A stretch of 61,225 nt of DNA, filler included, from Sphacelaria rigidula (lineage: Eukaryota), in assembly GCA_964200075.2 (NCBI GenBank). It is 4 parts of 4 records of this genome, joined end to end, with 100 filler letters (N's around TTAATTAATTAA, not from the genome) between each part and the next. Parts side by side here need not be neighbours in the genome. Positions count along the whole stretch, not along the records: positions 15,334 to 30,565 come from CAXNAA020001849.1; positions 30,666 to 45,897 come from CAXNAA020001850.1; 2 more parts are not named here. One strand, 5' to 3'. The first letter of the stretch is position 1, and each line of letters opens with the position of its first letter. Below the pieces are notes generated by a model. It was not told the DNA's origin and searched no databases. It saw nothing but the letters and a program-made list of their open reading frames with translations. Below, one piece after another: positions 25,666 through 38,900 of this stretch. The position numbers were made by a program, and so were the translations under genes.

Positions 25666-28600
25666 GCACATCAGGTTTTTCGTCGTTGGCACATTTCGGG
25701 CAGAAGTTGCACATCTCCCTCATCCCTGGCGCAAGCAGCGCCCTCTAACGTCCGCCTGGCAAGCCGGTTACGCGAAGCAAAACCCAAGGAAGGCAGACCA
25801 CTTTGGCATGGGTTGGCCCACCAGCAAAGATCCCGGCCGGACAACAGTAGAAAATCCACCGGCAGCCGAAGGCAACCGTGGGGGCCAAGATGTCATGGCC
25901 TTTGCGCATCCTGGGTCCTTCGGGGTTATCACCATACCCCCCGAAGCGGTTGCCCGCGGGTGGGAGTTCATGCGCAGCCGTAAGAAGGGAAAGGAAAAGA
26001 AGATGAAGAAGGAAAAGAAGAAGACGGGGAGTGGGGGAGGAGGAGAAATGAGGGAGGTCGTTGATTTCCCGCAACACCCACTTTGCGGGAGACCTAACGG
26101 CGTGGACGAGCTGGTTGCTGAGGTAGAAAAGTCCAAAGACACTGAGCGGAAGCTGAAGGCGGAGTTTGACAGGTTGGAGGTCGCAAAGAGGCAGTTGGTG
26201 AACGATATCCTGAGATTGGAGAGAGACAAAGAGGAGCTCACAGAGAAGCACATCGGGGATCTCGCGCGCGTAAAGAAGAAATTGGCGGCGGAGGCACTGG
26301 AGGGCAAGCGCCGCGTGAAGGAGGAACTAGAGAAGTATCACGGTAAATCCATGGACCGGCTACGCCACGACCTACGGAGTAAGATCGAACCCCTGGAGGC
26401 GGAAACTCGCAGACTGAAACTGGAAGTGAGCAAGGCTCAGGAGGCAAAGGCATCGGCCCAGCAACAAGCCGCCGCCGCCGCGGGCAGTCGCAGCAACGAC
26501 GGCAGGCGAGGGAAATTCGGTGCTCGTAGTACCGATGCTGCAGAATCTGCCGTCGCCCCCGCCGCCGCCGCAGTGGGCGAGGGTAACGATGACGTGCTGT
26601 CGACGATATCCATGCCAACTTCCGCGTCGTTTTGGCACGGACTGACGGGTGCCTTCGCGTCGCAGGATCTGCTCCCCAGTACCGCCGGTGGGGGAGTGGG
26701 CGGCGTTGATGATGAGGTGTTGAAAGGGGGGGGGGAAGAGGTGGTCCCACCGCCGGCTCTGCTCGTGCTCGCGGCGGTCCCTATCTTCTATCTTGTGGCA
26801 AGGTGGCGCATAAATCGCCAGCGGTGAGTGTTTCGCCTATGATTTTTTAAACTGTGTCTTTGCAGGATCGTGCCGTTCAAGTTGTGTTCAAACTACTAGT
26901 GTCTACACATTACATGTATGTCTAGAGTTCTGGATCGAGGTTTGTCGTGTCCTCGACAAATTGATGTGTTGTTGGTACGATTGGCGCGATGTATGCCCTC
27001 CGCAGTTCAGCGCAGTACTTTAGAGGGGACAATGGAGTGTCGGGGCTCCTGCAGGTGGTGCAGACGGCGGCATTTTACCAGACGCTGCCGCAACTGGCTG
27101 TACTGTGCGATCGGTAGTCGGTCAAGCTTGTCATTTTGCTGGTGGTCGGCAAATGACGGGACGAACAATCGGCTGCCTGCCATGATACTCGTCGTATGTA
27201 CAGGAGTTCCTTATGCGGCGTCAAGCTAGCTTTGTGCACCAAATCAAATGCATACATCATGCTGAACACTCGCTGCGGGTTTGAATTTGGAGGTATTTTG
27301 TTTTGGGGCGAACACGGACACCATTCAAAACTCGGCCTCCATGTTCATTTACAGGAAGCCATCCAGATTATCTACATGAGGGGTGATTATTTCCTGTGGT
27401 TCCTCAATATCGCCACAACAGCACAGTGGCTACTCACTCTCATAATGGCGCCCTTTTGAAGTACCAAATTAACATGTGTAAGAATACCCCAATCGTCACA
27501 TGACACGACACCCATCAACCATCGACCGCCGGTCAAGGACCCCTTACCCCTACCTGCACTTGATGTGGAATTGCTGACTTGCCGTTTACCTTCTCGCCGT
27601 GGTGACGTCTTACCCCTACTAGCATCGAGTGTGAAACAGCTGCCCTCCCCTCTGTATTCTCGCCGCGTTGACAAACACATGCAGGGCCAAGGACTTTACG
27701 GCGGTCATCAGCGACGACGGACTGGTGACAGATGGAGAGGCCACATCCTTGAACGGTTGGAGCGACGGCGACGACGCGTGCGTCGGGGAGAACGCGGTGT
27801 CAATCCTGGAAAAGCACCCTCTTGGCCAGCGTGGCCGCCGCGCCGTGTCCTGCTCCCCAACGAAGCGAGGCAATCTACCTGGAAACAACAACCCTCATCG
27901 CCCCCCGGTCAGCTGGTCTCTCTCCCCTTCACGCAGTCCCGAGGATCTCATAAGCCCGTCGGTGTTGGTGTCGAGGAGCTCCTCGCTACCTCGCCGCAAC
28001 AACGTTAATATAGAAAAATCCATCGCCTCCGTAACCGCCGTCGCGTCAAGAGACGGCGCGTCGAGCCTACCAGAAAACCGCGAATCGCTCAAGTCACCCC
28101 GCGAGTCCAGGGGCTCGGGAGTACCCGGTCGTAATTATCCCGTCACCCTTACCCCGAGCGGAAGCAGCGGCGGCGACGGCGGCAGGGGGGTGATATTCGA
28201 TGCTTCCTCGGACTCAGATGACTATGATCCAGCTCCCTCTCCATCGTCGACGCGCTCCCAACTAAGCCTCAAGAACGCTCAGCACAAGAAACAACCGCTG
28301 CTCCTGCCGCGCGGGCACTTCCGCCAGCAGCACCAGCGCCAGCAGCGGGTACGCCCCGTGCCACACGGACTCGCCACCGCTGCCGCCACTGCCGCCGCAC
28401 GCGCAGTTCAGCGAAATGGGACGATGGCAACCGCTGCCGGCGCCGGCGATGCTGGTGACACTGCTCCCGAGTCTCACGGATCTGCGTCAAAAGCGGACGC
28501 GATTGCAGCTGCCGCTCTCGGCTCCGACCGCGCCATCGGGGCAAGCGCGCTTCATGACGCCCTGCAGGGGCTGCGCGCGGAGCGCGACTCACTCGCGAGC

Positions 28601-29778
28601 GCTTGCAAGCGGCTGGAGGCCGAGCGCGAGGCGGCCGCGAGGCAGCTGAGCGACGGTACGAAGCGCGCTATGGAGTTACAGTTGTCCCGTGAGGCGTTGG
28701 AGACCGAAAGGGATGTCTTGTCGGCGCGGTGCGCCGAGTTGAAAGCCCAACAGGACGCATGTACGAAGGGAGAGTGTGCGCGGGTAATCGCCGCGGAGGG
28801 GCGTGCAGCGGCGGCGCTTGAGGCACGCTCTGTTGAGGTGAACGAGGCACGAAAGGGGAGCGCTCAGTTGGTGAGTGTGTGTCTGTGAGCGTGTTCATCT
28901 GTGTTTGTGTGGGTGTTGAGCGGATGCATGGTCAAGCTTGCCTAATGTGAGAGTGGCTGGTCACCGTGTTCATCTGTGGTGCGCGCACATCCCCGCCGCA
29001 CTCAGTGAACCTCCCCGCCTTCTGTTAGGATCGTCGTTTCCTACCGTCAGTCACCCTAAGTGTGTCTGAATCACAAAGTGAGCACGTTTCAAAAAAATTT
29101 CAACACCTAGACTTTAAACTCTCACCACCCCCGACCGGCTACCGTGCTCAACCCCTATCCCCGGCCGGCTCACCAACAGATATCCGCGAAGGAGGCAGAA
29201 TTGGCGGCTGCCGTAGCCAAGATCGCCGATCTCGAGCAGCTTCGCGCGGCGGCGGCGAAACCGACGGGACAGGCCCTTGCCGACAAGGAAGAGGAGGCGG
29301 AGGAATTGAGGACTACCGTTAGCCGGGCTGCGGGGGGAAATCGGGTAAGAAGTGCCCTTCGTACTTCATGTTTGTGTATCGGTGAAATAAACTGTATCAT
29401 GTTTGCTGCAGCGTGGAAGCTTACGGTGAAGGAAAACGTCACTTGTCCGTTGAAATTTTCACGCGGGGGGGTAGTTCCAGATAGTACTCCATGTATAGTG
29501 GATGGGTTCTTGATGTCTGGAGGGGTTTTCCTCCCCGGTCCGTCGTAGCTATCGAATGCTCCGGAGTATACATATATATGTGTGTGTGTCTCCATGTTAG
29601 CTCGACAAATTACGTGGATTCTGAAAATTGTCAGGTTTTGGAAGAGCAACTCGCGGTCGCCAAGGCAGAGCGTGAGCGCGCGTCGATCGCCGTTGCGGAG
29701 TTGCAGCAGCGCGTCTCAGTCCAGGAAGCAGAATTGACCAAGCTCGCCGCCGCGCTCCGCACAGCGGAGTCTGTTGAG
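25666..29778 (+). CDS. Coiled-coil protein with one predicted TM segment, 3'-incomplete; exons 25666-26823, 27685-28870, 29180-29317 (or -29344), 29635-29778; possible upstream exons 21368-21460 and 23826-23878
   Basis: The 339- and 406-aa ORFs join in phase 2 (CG|GTGAGT ... ATGCAG|G). Later exons are phase 0 with GT-AG ends. Heptad-rich E/K/L/A segments and hydrophobic ALLVLAAVPIFYLVA. The upstream exons are phase-compatible but weakly supported. Confidence 0.8.
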
Positions 29779-30565
29779 GTACAGTGCCCTCTTTGTCGTT
29801 GTTTTTCTGAGTAGCGTCTTTTTCCAATGGGCTGATTTTGTGTCACAGTTGTGATCTCGAGATTATTCATTTCCACTGAAAGATCGTGTTGGGTGCTGTA
29901 CTGAGGCTTGTTGCCCTAGCCCTGGCTCCGCCATTGATGAATGAATTCCACGTTTGTTTGCGTGTTTCTCAAGCGAGGGAGAGAGGCCCATGTCGAATCG
30001 AAGGAACGCGAGGAACGTATTTTCCCTCTCTGAACTCAGAAAATCTCCCGAACATATTTTTTTCTCCAGCCGTTTGACTACGGGGTGGATTCTTCACTGC
30101 GGGAGCAACGATGAATGGCCGTTTCAAAAGTCGACATTCTATTTATTTATGTAAAAGTGGGAGGGGGGGGGGGTGCTTTCCTGGGAACAAGATTCTTTAT
30201 AAATGAGATGTTCAGACGCACAAAAAGACGCAGCGAGCATGTACGTCACTCTTCGCCGTGGATGCGCTATTCAGACGCTATTGGGGTTTGAAGTTTCGCC
30301 AGCCCCGAAAACACCGTATGTACCCTTGCGTTCACCAGAAGGGAAGAGACGTGCCGACGGAGATCACATATGTGCTGCACTGAGCAGCGTTATGTGGACA
30401 ACAACTTCAATGAATAGATGAACAACGATGAAGACCTGAGACACCGAGAAGTTGGCTATTCTGCCCTTTTTTTCTGCCTCCCCGCGCGCCCCGCCCCCGC
30501 CCCCCCGCATCCCGCTCCTGTGGCGCAAGGGCCGAAGCGCATACGGGGGCGCGACAGAGCCGAAA

Positions 30566-30665
30566 NNNNNNNNNNNNNNNNNNNNNNNNNNNNNNNNNNN
30601 NNNNNNNNNTTAATTAATTAANNNNNNNNNNNNNNNNNNNNNNNNNNNNNNNNNNNNNNNNNNNN
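30566..30665. other. Artificial contig-joining spacer
   Basis: N44-TTAATTAATTAA-N44. Confidence 0.97.
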
Positions 30666-30672
30666 ATTATTA

Positions 30673-30750
<78 letters not shown>
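30666..30750. repeat. (ATT)n microsatellite at contig start
   Basis: About 28 ATT units with one GTT interruption. Confidence 0.95.
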
Positions 30751-30754
<4 letters not shown>

Positions 30755-32913
30755 TTCCGCACGTTAGGCCGACTTCTTGGACCCGTGATCACAGACGTAG
30801 GCTCGTCTTTCGAATACCGACCCTGCTATTCCTTACGAGAAATAGAGCTCTCCTTGTTTTTTCTGAGACTCCCGAGAAAAGCAAAGATAGCACCAAATGA
30901 AAAAGTAAGTGCCCCCCCGTAACATCCAATGACACCACAGCGATGCATGAGTATTGTGCCCACTCCCAAGGTTGCCATCCACCGTCCCTGCCACTGTTTT
31001 GTTTTATTCACAACCCTGACCCTAAAACCCTAGCCCTAGCCGTAAGCAGCATTGTACAGCTTCAGATGTCATCACCAGGTTCTTGCTGAGCAGCAATTTA
31101 CCCTCTGCAGGACGCATGACTCGTAGAACGTCCACCTCACCATCGAATGTCTGCTTCTTTTATCTTTTCCTTAGCGTCGCCACAGCATGTGTTCACATAA
31201 CTACCCGTGAAACCGGACGCGTTTTACACCAAGTGCTCCCGCGACACACGAGAAGACACTGCCCGCATACTTTCGAACATGACCGTGCTGAAACCATATG
31301 GCATGTGGTACATGAGCACATCCATCCCCCGCGTGCATGTGCACCCCGCCACCCCCTCTCCATGCACCGGACTAGAGGCAAATATTAAAGTAGTGGATCA
31401 AAATGAGGATCAAAATCACCGCGTCGCTGGCAAGAGGGTTGGTCAAGTAAGTTGCGATGTGGATTGCGCGAGCATCCCCGTGGTTCATATAGATGACTTA
31501 CCCATCGTTCAAGTCCAGCCCCATACCCTTTCCGCGGCCGTCATTTTGCGATCCCGACACAGCCGGCTACCCAAAACCCGAAGCTGTTTACTGGAGCTCC
31601 CAGGACGGACGGTGGATCATCGGCGGGGACGGCAAGTCCGGTGCCCCCCTCGTTGCAGGCGGTCAGCGGGGGAGGTGGAGGGAGCGGGGGGGGGTCTTCA
31701 GGGGGGGGAGATCCTGTTGCCGCGGTGCCTGCTTCAGGCGAGTTACTCACGAGAGGCTGTTTCGGGTATCTAGAATACTGTCTTTCAACCATTTGGTTGT
31801 TGAAGTCATGACGGCGAGACAGGTTTTTTGCGGATCTTATTGTTTATCCATGTCACTCTCGCTTTGGCGGGCTAAGTGGAAGTGAGCCCGTGACGGAGGC
31901 AGGTGGTCTGAAATACCTCGGCGGGCCAGAGAATCAGTACACTAGTCCCACGCGAAAAAAGGACTGAAACATTTACACGCCCTGAACGGTAGTACACATG
32001 GTATTGGTTCCTTGAGCGGTGGACGGTATATCGCTCGTTGGTTGTAAAGGACACTGTAGAGAACCCCCTTAGCGCCTTCATTTAGTTTCCGCTGAAGCAC
32101 ATGGTATAAATTAAACAATAACTTGATTTTCAGCCATTTTCAAGTCAAAATGATGCCGATTCACGAAAACAAAAATCGTCAGTGTGTTCCAAAAGGGTTA
32201 AGGTAATTTACAGACATTTCGTTGAGATGGGGCCAGCGTCTACATGACAGGAGAGGGCAGCACCAACATCTCCGGTCCGTCTTAGGTGGCGTAGGCTGCG
32301 GGTAGCGTGGTGATGGCGTTTTTAATGCCTCAGCGGTGTTTGGTGCCCGTTGCGCTGGTAGTCTGAACATGTTTACATGCCAGCTTCATAGCGTAATTGT
32401 CCAACGTTTGAAGCTCTGCCATCTGCTTTATGGTCGTGTAGTATGTATAGCCCTGGAACGGAACGAAGGGTTAGATACCAACAGCGCGGGAGATCAAGAC
32501 GCAGCGCTTCCGTTGCCCACTGCAGCAGTACGACGGCCTTTCGCAGCCGATACGTGCTACGGTACTGCAGTTGAAATGGTAGCTGTTGGCGCAGAGGTCA
32601 TGACCGTTTTGCCATCCGCTGTGACGAGTCGAATCTTCAGGATGATGGCACCTTCTCGCTGGGATTTGCTAGTCAGGGGAGAGATCAACCTTGATTCATG
32701 CCAACGCGTTTTCGTGATGTCCTCCTTGTTTTCGTTCTCGTGCTGTCCTCCTTCGGGTACGGTGCGCGTTCAAGGGAGAAGCTGCAAGTACGGCTCTTCC
32801 ACCTCCCCCTCTGTTTCTTCAAGCAAATATTCAAGTATTTGACAAAAAAGAACCCAAATTCCATACTCGTTGACGACAAAATGTCAACTTTTCCTACCGA
32901 CTGCACGCTGTAG

Positions 32914-35900
32914 GACCCGGATCGGCAGAACAGGAAGGAAGCAACGGCTCCGACCCGTCTGGCATCGGATTCGGCTTGGGCGCTGACTCGACCGCGGTGG
33001 ACCCTGAGCGACAGGCTGCGTTTCAAGCGGCCGACGCTAACCCCACGCCCGTGCTTTGGGTCAAGGTACGAGTTCAATTGTGCTCGCATTGTACCTTTGT
33101 TTCGGCACGCATGGTAGCAGGAAATCTCGGATCACCAATGCATCATGTCGATCCCTGGTGGGGTTTTTAGTCAATCGAAGTGCCAGCGGTGGAGACGGCG
33201 GTGCCGTTGCAAACTTGTTTTAGACAGTTTCAACTCGGAGCGACGGAGCCGCTTTATTGTTTGCGGGTGTAAGCGCCAGAGTTATGACCGCTCGTGCAAT
33301 ATGTCGGGAAAGATGAAAAACAAAGAGTAGACTGAATATTTTTTTGTCGGCTCAAGGTTAGGGCATTGTGCACCAGCAGCGGGAAGCCTGTAAGTGCCCA
33401 TATATTTGCAGTTTCCGTCACTGGTGAGCATGGTATCACGTGTCGGTTCATTAGCCGGAAGGATTTCAAGCTTTCGGTCTGCGTGATGGTGTTCTCAGGT
33501 GAATTCGTAATCGTATTAGTTGATAGTACCATCTTCAGGTAGGTGCTTGATTGGAGTTCAGTTGTCTTGTTCGAGGTTTCACTTGTCAATTGTGGGGTAT
33601 TGCACACTGCACTACTACTGAAAATCGTGGTTTCTGGCCGCGGTGCCGAGAAGCTGCGCTGATGTGTGTCGCTGGTTGATTGATTAATAGATTCATCGAT
33701 TGATCGATCGATCACCTCATTCATTCATTCATGCATCGATCGATCGGAGATTAATTAATCGGATGATTGACCGATTGACTTACTTACTGACTGACTCTGA
33801 TTGATTGGTCAATTGGATTATTGAGTTATTGATTCATTGGTGGATTATTTGATCGATTGTTCGATTGATTGGATTATTCACTGGTTGGTAGATTGATTCA
33901 TTGGTCGATTCATCCATTCATTCATTCATCCATTCATTTATTCGTTGGTCGATTGGATGATTCATTCATTCATTCATTCATTCATTCATTCATTCATTCG
34001 TTCGTTCATTCGTTCATTCGTTCATTCATTCGTTCATTTTTTCGTTCATTGGTTCATTGGTTCATTGGTTCATCAATCGGGGGTTAATTCATTGATCGAC
34101 CGATTCGATCAATTGATTGGATTGCTTGATCCATTGATTGACTGATTGGTCGATTCATTGGTTCATTTATTGATCAATCGATCGATTCTTTGATTGGCTG
34201 ATTGGATAATTGATTTCGTATATTACCTGATCTTCTGCGAGTCTCGCCGTGGTCACAAATGTAACCAAACTGATGGACATACGCAAGGTAATCAATGGAT
34301 CAAGCAATCCAATCAATCGATCGAATCGATCAATCAATGAATCAACCCCCGACTGATGAACCAATGAATGAATGAATAACTGAATAAATGAACCAGTGAA
34401 CCAATGAATGAATGAACCAATGAATGAATAAACCACTGAATGAATGAATACATGAAAAGGAAGAGGGAGAAAAGGAAGAGAGAAGAGGCAGGACGACCCC
34501 TGACTCCAACATCTGATACCGTTCCCGACAATGAAAACCCGACAAGCCTACCTCTGCCGCATTCGTTCAGAATGCATGGGCAAAAATATCCGCCATACTT
34601 TACCTGCTAGCTGCCGCTCTTGCTTTCTTGTTTCATGCCGAGCTCGTTTTTACTGCGCATGTTCGGTTTTCTTGTTCTGACCATATGTTTTCTCTTTCGG
34701 GTTCACCTTTTCGTGTGAGTCACTGAGTGTAAATCTCCCGCGCATGACACGCAACGCAGCAAAAAATCCGACGAGAGGGAATCACAAAACATTAGACACT
34801 GCTACCTGTAGGTATTCTTGAAAAATGTGCATGATGTTGTACATGTACATTACATGGTTCTTTTCTTCAGCGAAGGTTTCCGTTTCTTTCACCTCGGGTA
34901 CGTCTGTTTTGTGGATGATGATTATGCCTGTGTCCCTCGGGAATCACTAAATATGCGAAAATCGAATCTATCAATGGTTTTCATGGGTCAACAAACGTAA
35001 AACAGGCGCTCCCGATGTACAACATGTATCGCGGACGTGGCTCCTCTTCTCCTTCTCTTTTTTCTTCAGTTTACTTTGTTATCCGTTTTTCATTTTTTAC
35101 CTTCCTTGAACCCCCTCCAGCGAGTTTTGCCCGGCCATTTTACCTCAGATGCATATTTTCTGGTGACCACGGCGGGATAAGTAGGGGGGTGAGTTCATGT
35201 GGGACAATCAATAGATGAAGCAATTGATGAATCAAGCCGTCCACCAACCGCACCGTGGAAGAAAGGTATCGGGTGCAACACAAAAAAACTTGTATAATAG
35301 CACTGCCTTCATTTGAGCGAACTATGTGCAGAAATCCTGTACATGATCTCATTCGACCAACTCAACGTGGAGCTGCTGCTTACTTGCTAGGCCTGTTCCT
35401 ACTACCGCAATGGCTCGCCTTATTGTGTACAATGTGACCGTTCGCAATCCCCACAGGTGGACCCTTCATCAGAGTGGATCATGTGTGTGAGGATGCGAAA
35501 ACCCTGGCATCAGTGGGTTGAGCAGCTGTTCAGCGACGAAAGCGTGGAGGCACAGTGCGATGCTCTCAGGGGACTCATCGAACTTCCCCTCCCGTTCGAC
35601 GCCAAGAATTCCGAGGCAAGGGTACACCAGCCTGAAAATTGTGGCTCAATGGACTCAGCTGTCGGTTGTTGTTCATTTGTGGGGTTCATCAGACGGAGGG
35701 TGCTCAGATTAGAGGTTCTGTAAATATCGGAAATGCAAGTGCCCCCTTACAGAGTGCGATCCTGGCGTGTTCTGCCGACTTTGCTGTGCTGTGCTCTTCT
35801 GTGCTCTTCTGTGATTTACCCTAGTCTAATCTGGGCTAGGCTGTACTTCTGTGGGCATGCTCTCCCCGCTCGCGCGCTGTTGCATGATTTTCTGCCGTTG

Positions 35901-38900
35901 AATAAGTGCAGGTGCCGGTGCAGGCTATTACAGAAGCCGTGCGTGGACAGGTGTCCCACACGCAGATGGAGCACGCCCCGTGCGTGCGCCAAGAGGTGAT
36001 ATTTAATTCTTGAGTCTGCTGACTTTCGTACATTCCGTTTTTGTCCTGTTTGCGATGTCAACATATCCCCCAGGGAGGAACGGCAGGTGTTCTGCGATCA
36101 TCTGCTTCTGTTGCCTGTTGAAACCCTTTATGAATTTACCGAGAACGTATTTTGGGCGGTAGAACATGACCGCAGATTTGAAAATTGCAACTACCGGGGT
36201 GAGTTTTTTGAGGGCGGTATTATACATTGTACATTGTATTACACATGGCTGTGATGGGTCGTTTAGGTCAATCGCCTCGCTTATGTGAGCACGGGGTTTA
36301 TTACGATGCAAACAACCTCATAACCACAAAATAGGAAAATCAGACACGACAGTGCTGTTCGTCCTTGTGAAGTAGCCGACTGTGCTCCATTGTGTTTACT
36401 CGACCCTTTGCTGTCTTGATGCTTGTCGGCACTTATGCGTGCTGTTCCCTGTTAGGCGGCGGTCGCTCTAGCTCTGTGGCAGAATCAGCACGCTCCCCAG
36501 CACGCCGGTGGATTTGGAGAGTCCAAGCAGGTGACACACAAATCGAGAGATGGGCTATACGGCTAATGAAGTGCCTGGTCGGCAAGTTGGCTGGCTGGTG
36601 GGCGGGCGGGCTGGCTGGCTGCATCAAGTTTGACGGGTTTTTTTCTCTTTTCGGTTTGTTTTTTGTTTTGTTTCGCTTTTTTTGTTGGTTTGTTTGGTTT
36701 TCTTCCTGGGCTTACTCTGCTTCTGCTTTCTTCAATCTCTCTCTCTATATATATATTGTTTTTTTCTCGCCTTCTGTTTTCTTCGGCATGCGTTTCCGTA
36801 TCGTTTACCCTGGGTACCTCTATCGTCTGACCACGACTGGGACCATTGGAGATTAGTTAAGGTAGTGCGACGATCAAATAATCAATACGTGACCGGTTTA
36901 CTTGATCGAAATTTGTTACCACGCGCAAACCACAGCTTCTCGCACGTGGCACGTTTTCATCGTGTAGCAGCTCACACTATCTTGCGCCAACCCGCAGGTA
37001 TGGATGAGTCAGAATGTCACTACCGTATCATGCTTGCTTCATGTGCACACGAGAAGACGCCAACCAAGTGCAGCTGTCAACTTGAGGTGATCACACGGAC
37101 ACGACTATCCCACGGCAGTTGCCAACGCTGAGCCCTCGTGAAAGGCACAACGTTGGAATGACACACGGGATCGACTTCCTGTTGCAGGTTATTACACTAG
37201 AGCAGAGCAGCCGCCTACCCCAGATACCTTTGGGGTGCAAGATCGTGTGATTGACCACGCTACCTTACGCTAAAGCACTTGAGCCTCCTAGCTCTATTAT
37301 TCGTGGATACGTCGAAGATATCAGCAAACCTCGCATTTCATCAACGCCGCAGGCCATTTCTCATTATGAGTACGGTGAGAGGCAAAAGAGCGCAAAAGCT
37401 GGAAGGGTCTGCACCATCTCTTGGGCGCACTCCGGAGTCGTTTCGGGCACGTATAGAAGGACGCGATCTTTTTCCAACCTCAATCCCGACGGTGAGCCTT
37501 TTATCTGACTCCAAATCGCAGTCCTAACTTCCGTCCATGGTGTATGTGCTGTTGTGTTTTCAGGCTAGGGCTGCGAGCTGGAGGGGTTTGTACCTTCTCT
37601 TGGAGGCGTTCGGGGAGCGTTTCGAGCAGCGACAACAGGGCATGGCTAGCGGTGGCAACGTAGCCAACAGCAAGGGTTCTGCCCTGATCTTGCCCAATTG
37701 GTTCGACGATGCTGCGGAGTATCGCCTGAAGAAGGCTCTCGTAAGTATTGTGTGATTTGGTGTAGATTTTGTTTTGTATTATGAGCATCACTGATGTCGG
37801 TATTGTTAGTGGGATCATTGGGCGTGTGTCTGTGTGACTGCTGTTCAGACCTGTCATAATTCTCGGGGGCCGCTTGCTGTTTTTTTTTGTATATGTTGGT
37901 GTGGAATACGAACAGCAGCAGGAACTTTGATTTTATCTTGCCGAACGTGTGCCATGCTGCAGCCAAATATCGCCTGAAAAAGCAGCCCTCGGATGTATAC
38001 GTGAGTATACAGATGAAGATATAGATGATGGATGATGAATGGTGGATAATAAATTGCAGATTATTGATCATAGATGGTAGATTATATAGATTGACGCGTC
38101 CCTTTCGTGGTTGAACTGGACCATCTCGGAATCGAATAGAGCGGAAACGAATCAAGTCCCAGCAGATGCGAGTTTTTTTGTGAGGGAAATCTGGTTTAAA
38201 CCGTTGAAAATATGAGAGCGGGAGAAGCGTGTGTAATGTGACGAAAGTCGACGCGGTGCGGGACTGCTGATCCCATCCACGACTGCGAAAATGTGAAGCA
38301 TGTACCGCAGGCAAGATATGCGGATTGATCTCTTGAGACGGGTAAGGGAAAGGATTGAAAATGTGACGAGAAAAAACAATGGTTCTTGCATCACTCATGC
38401 AACTTCGGTTTTGAAACATGGCCAACAGCAAAAGCTCCGCCTTGATATTTCCCAACTGATTCGGTGGTGCTGCAGCGAGACATCATTCTCAAGAAAGCTC
38501 TCATGAGTACCCGAATATGTTTATTTTCATGTTTGGCTTAGGTTAGTTTTTTCCTATCTATTGTGAATATATTTTATATACCTCTTTGCACGGTTCGGCT
38601 GCATAAGGTGTGGTTTTGTTTCTTGAGGCATATCGGCAATGTTGGGTAAGTTGCGGTTGAAACATGTCATGGTTCGAGGCCTGCGCTGTGGAGCATGACT
38701 GGCGTTTCCAAGACGCTGTGCCTTACCGACTGGCTACGCCTTTCCGTGAGTAATGTAGTGCTCTGTTTCCTAGATACAATTTATCAGGCTTGTCACATCC
38801 CATCAAAAGGATGTGACACGGAGATAGTGAAATCATATGGTGGGACACGCTCATCCAGGTGGCTGAAGGGTTTGCGTGTGCTGGAGTGTTTGTTCCTGTC

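Noticed and set aside
30666-30900. Poly-Leu ORF here and poly-Ile/Val/Tyr/Cys ORFs at 45663-45953
   Set aside because: Translations of ATT/GTT microsatellites.
31207-32842. Additional upstream TAF2 exons or a separate gene
   Set aside because: Several splice-like sites exist (e.g. donor at ~31447) but I found no recognisable TAF2 motif or unambiguous phase chain.
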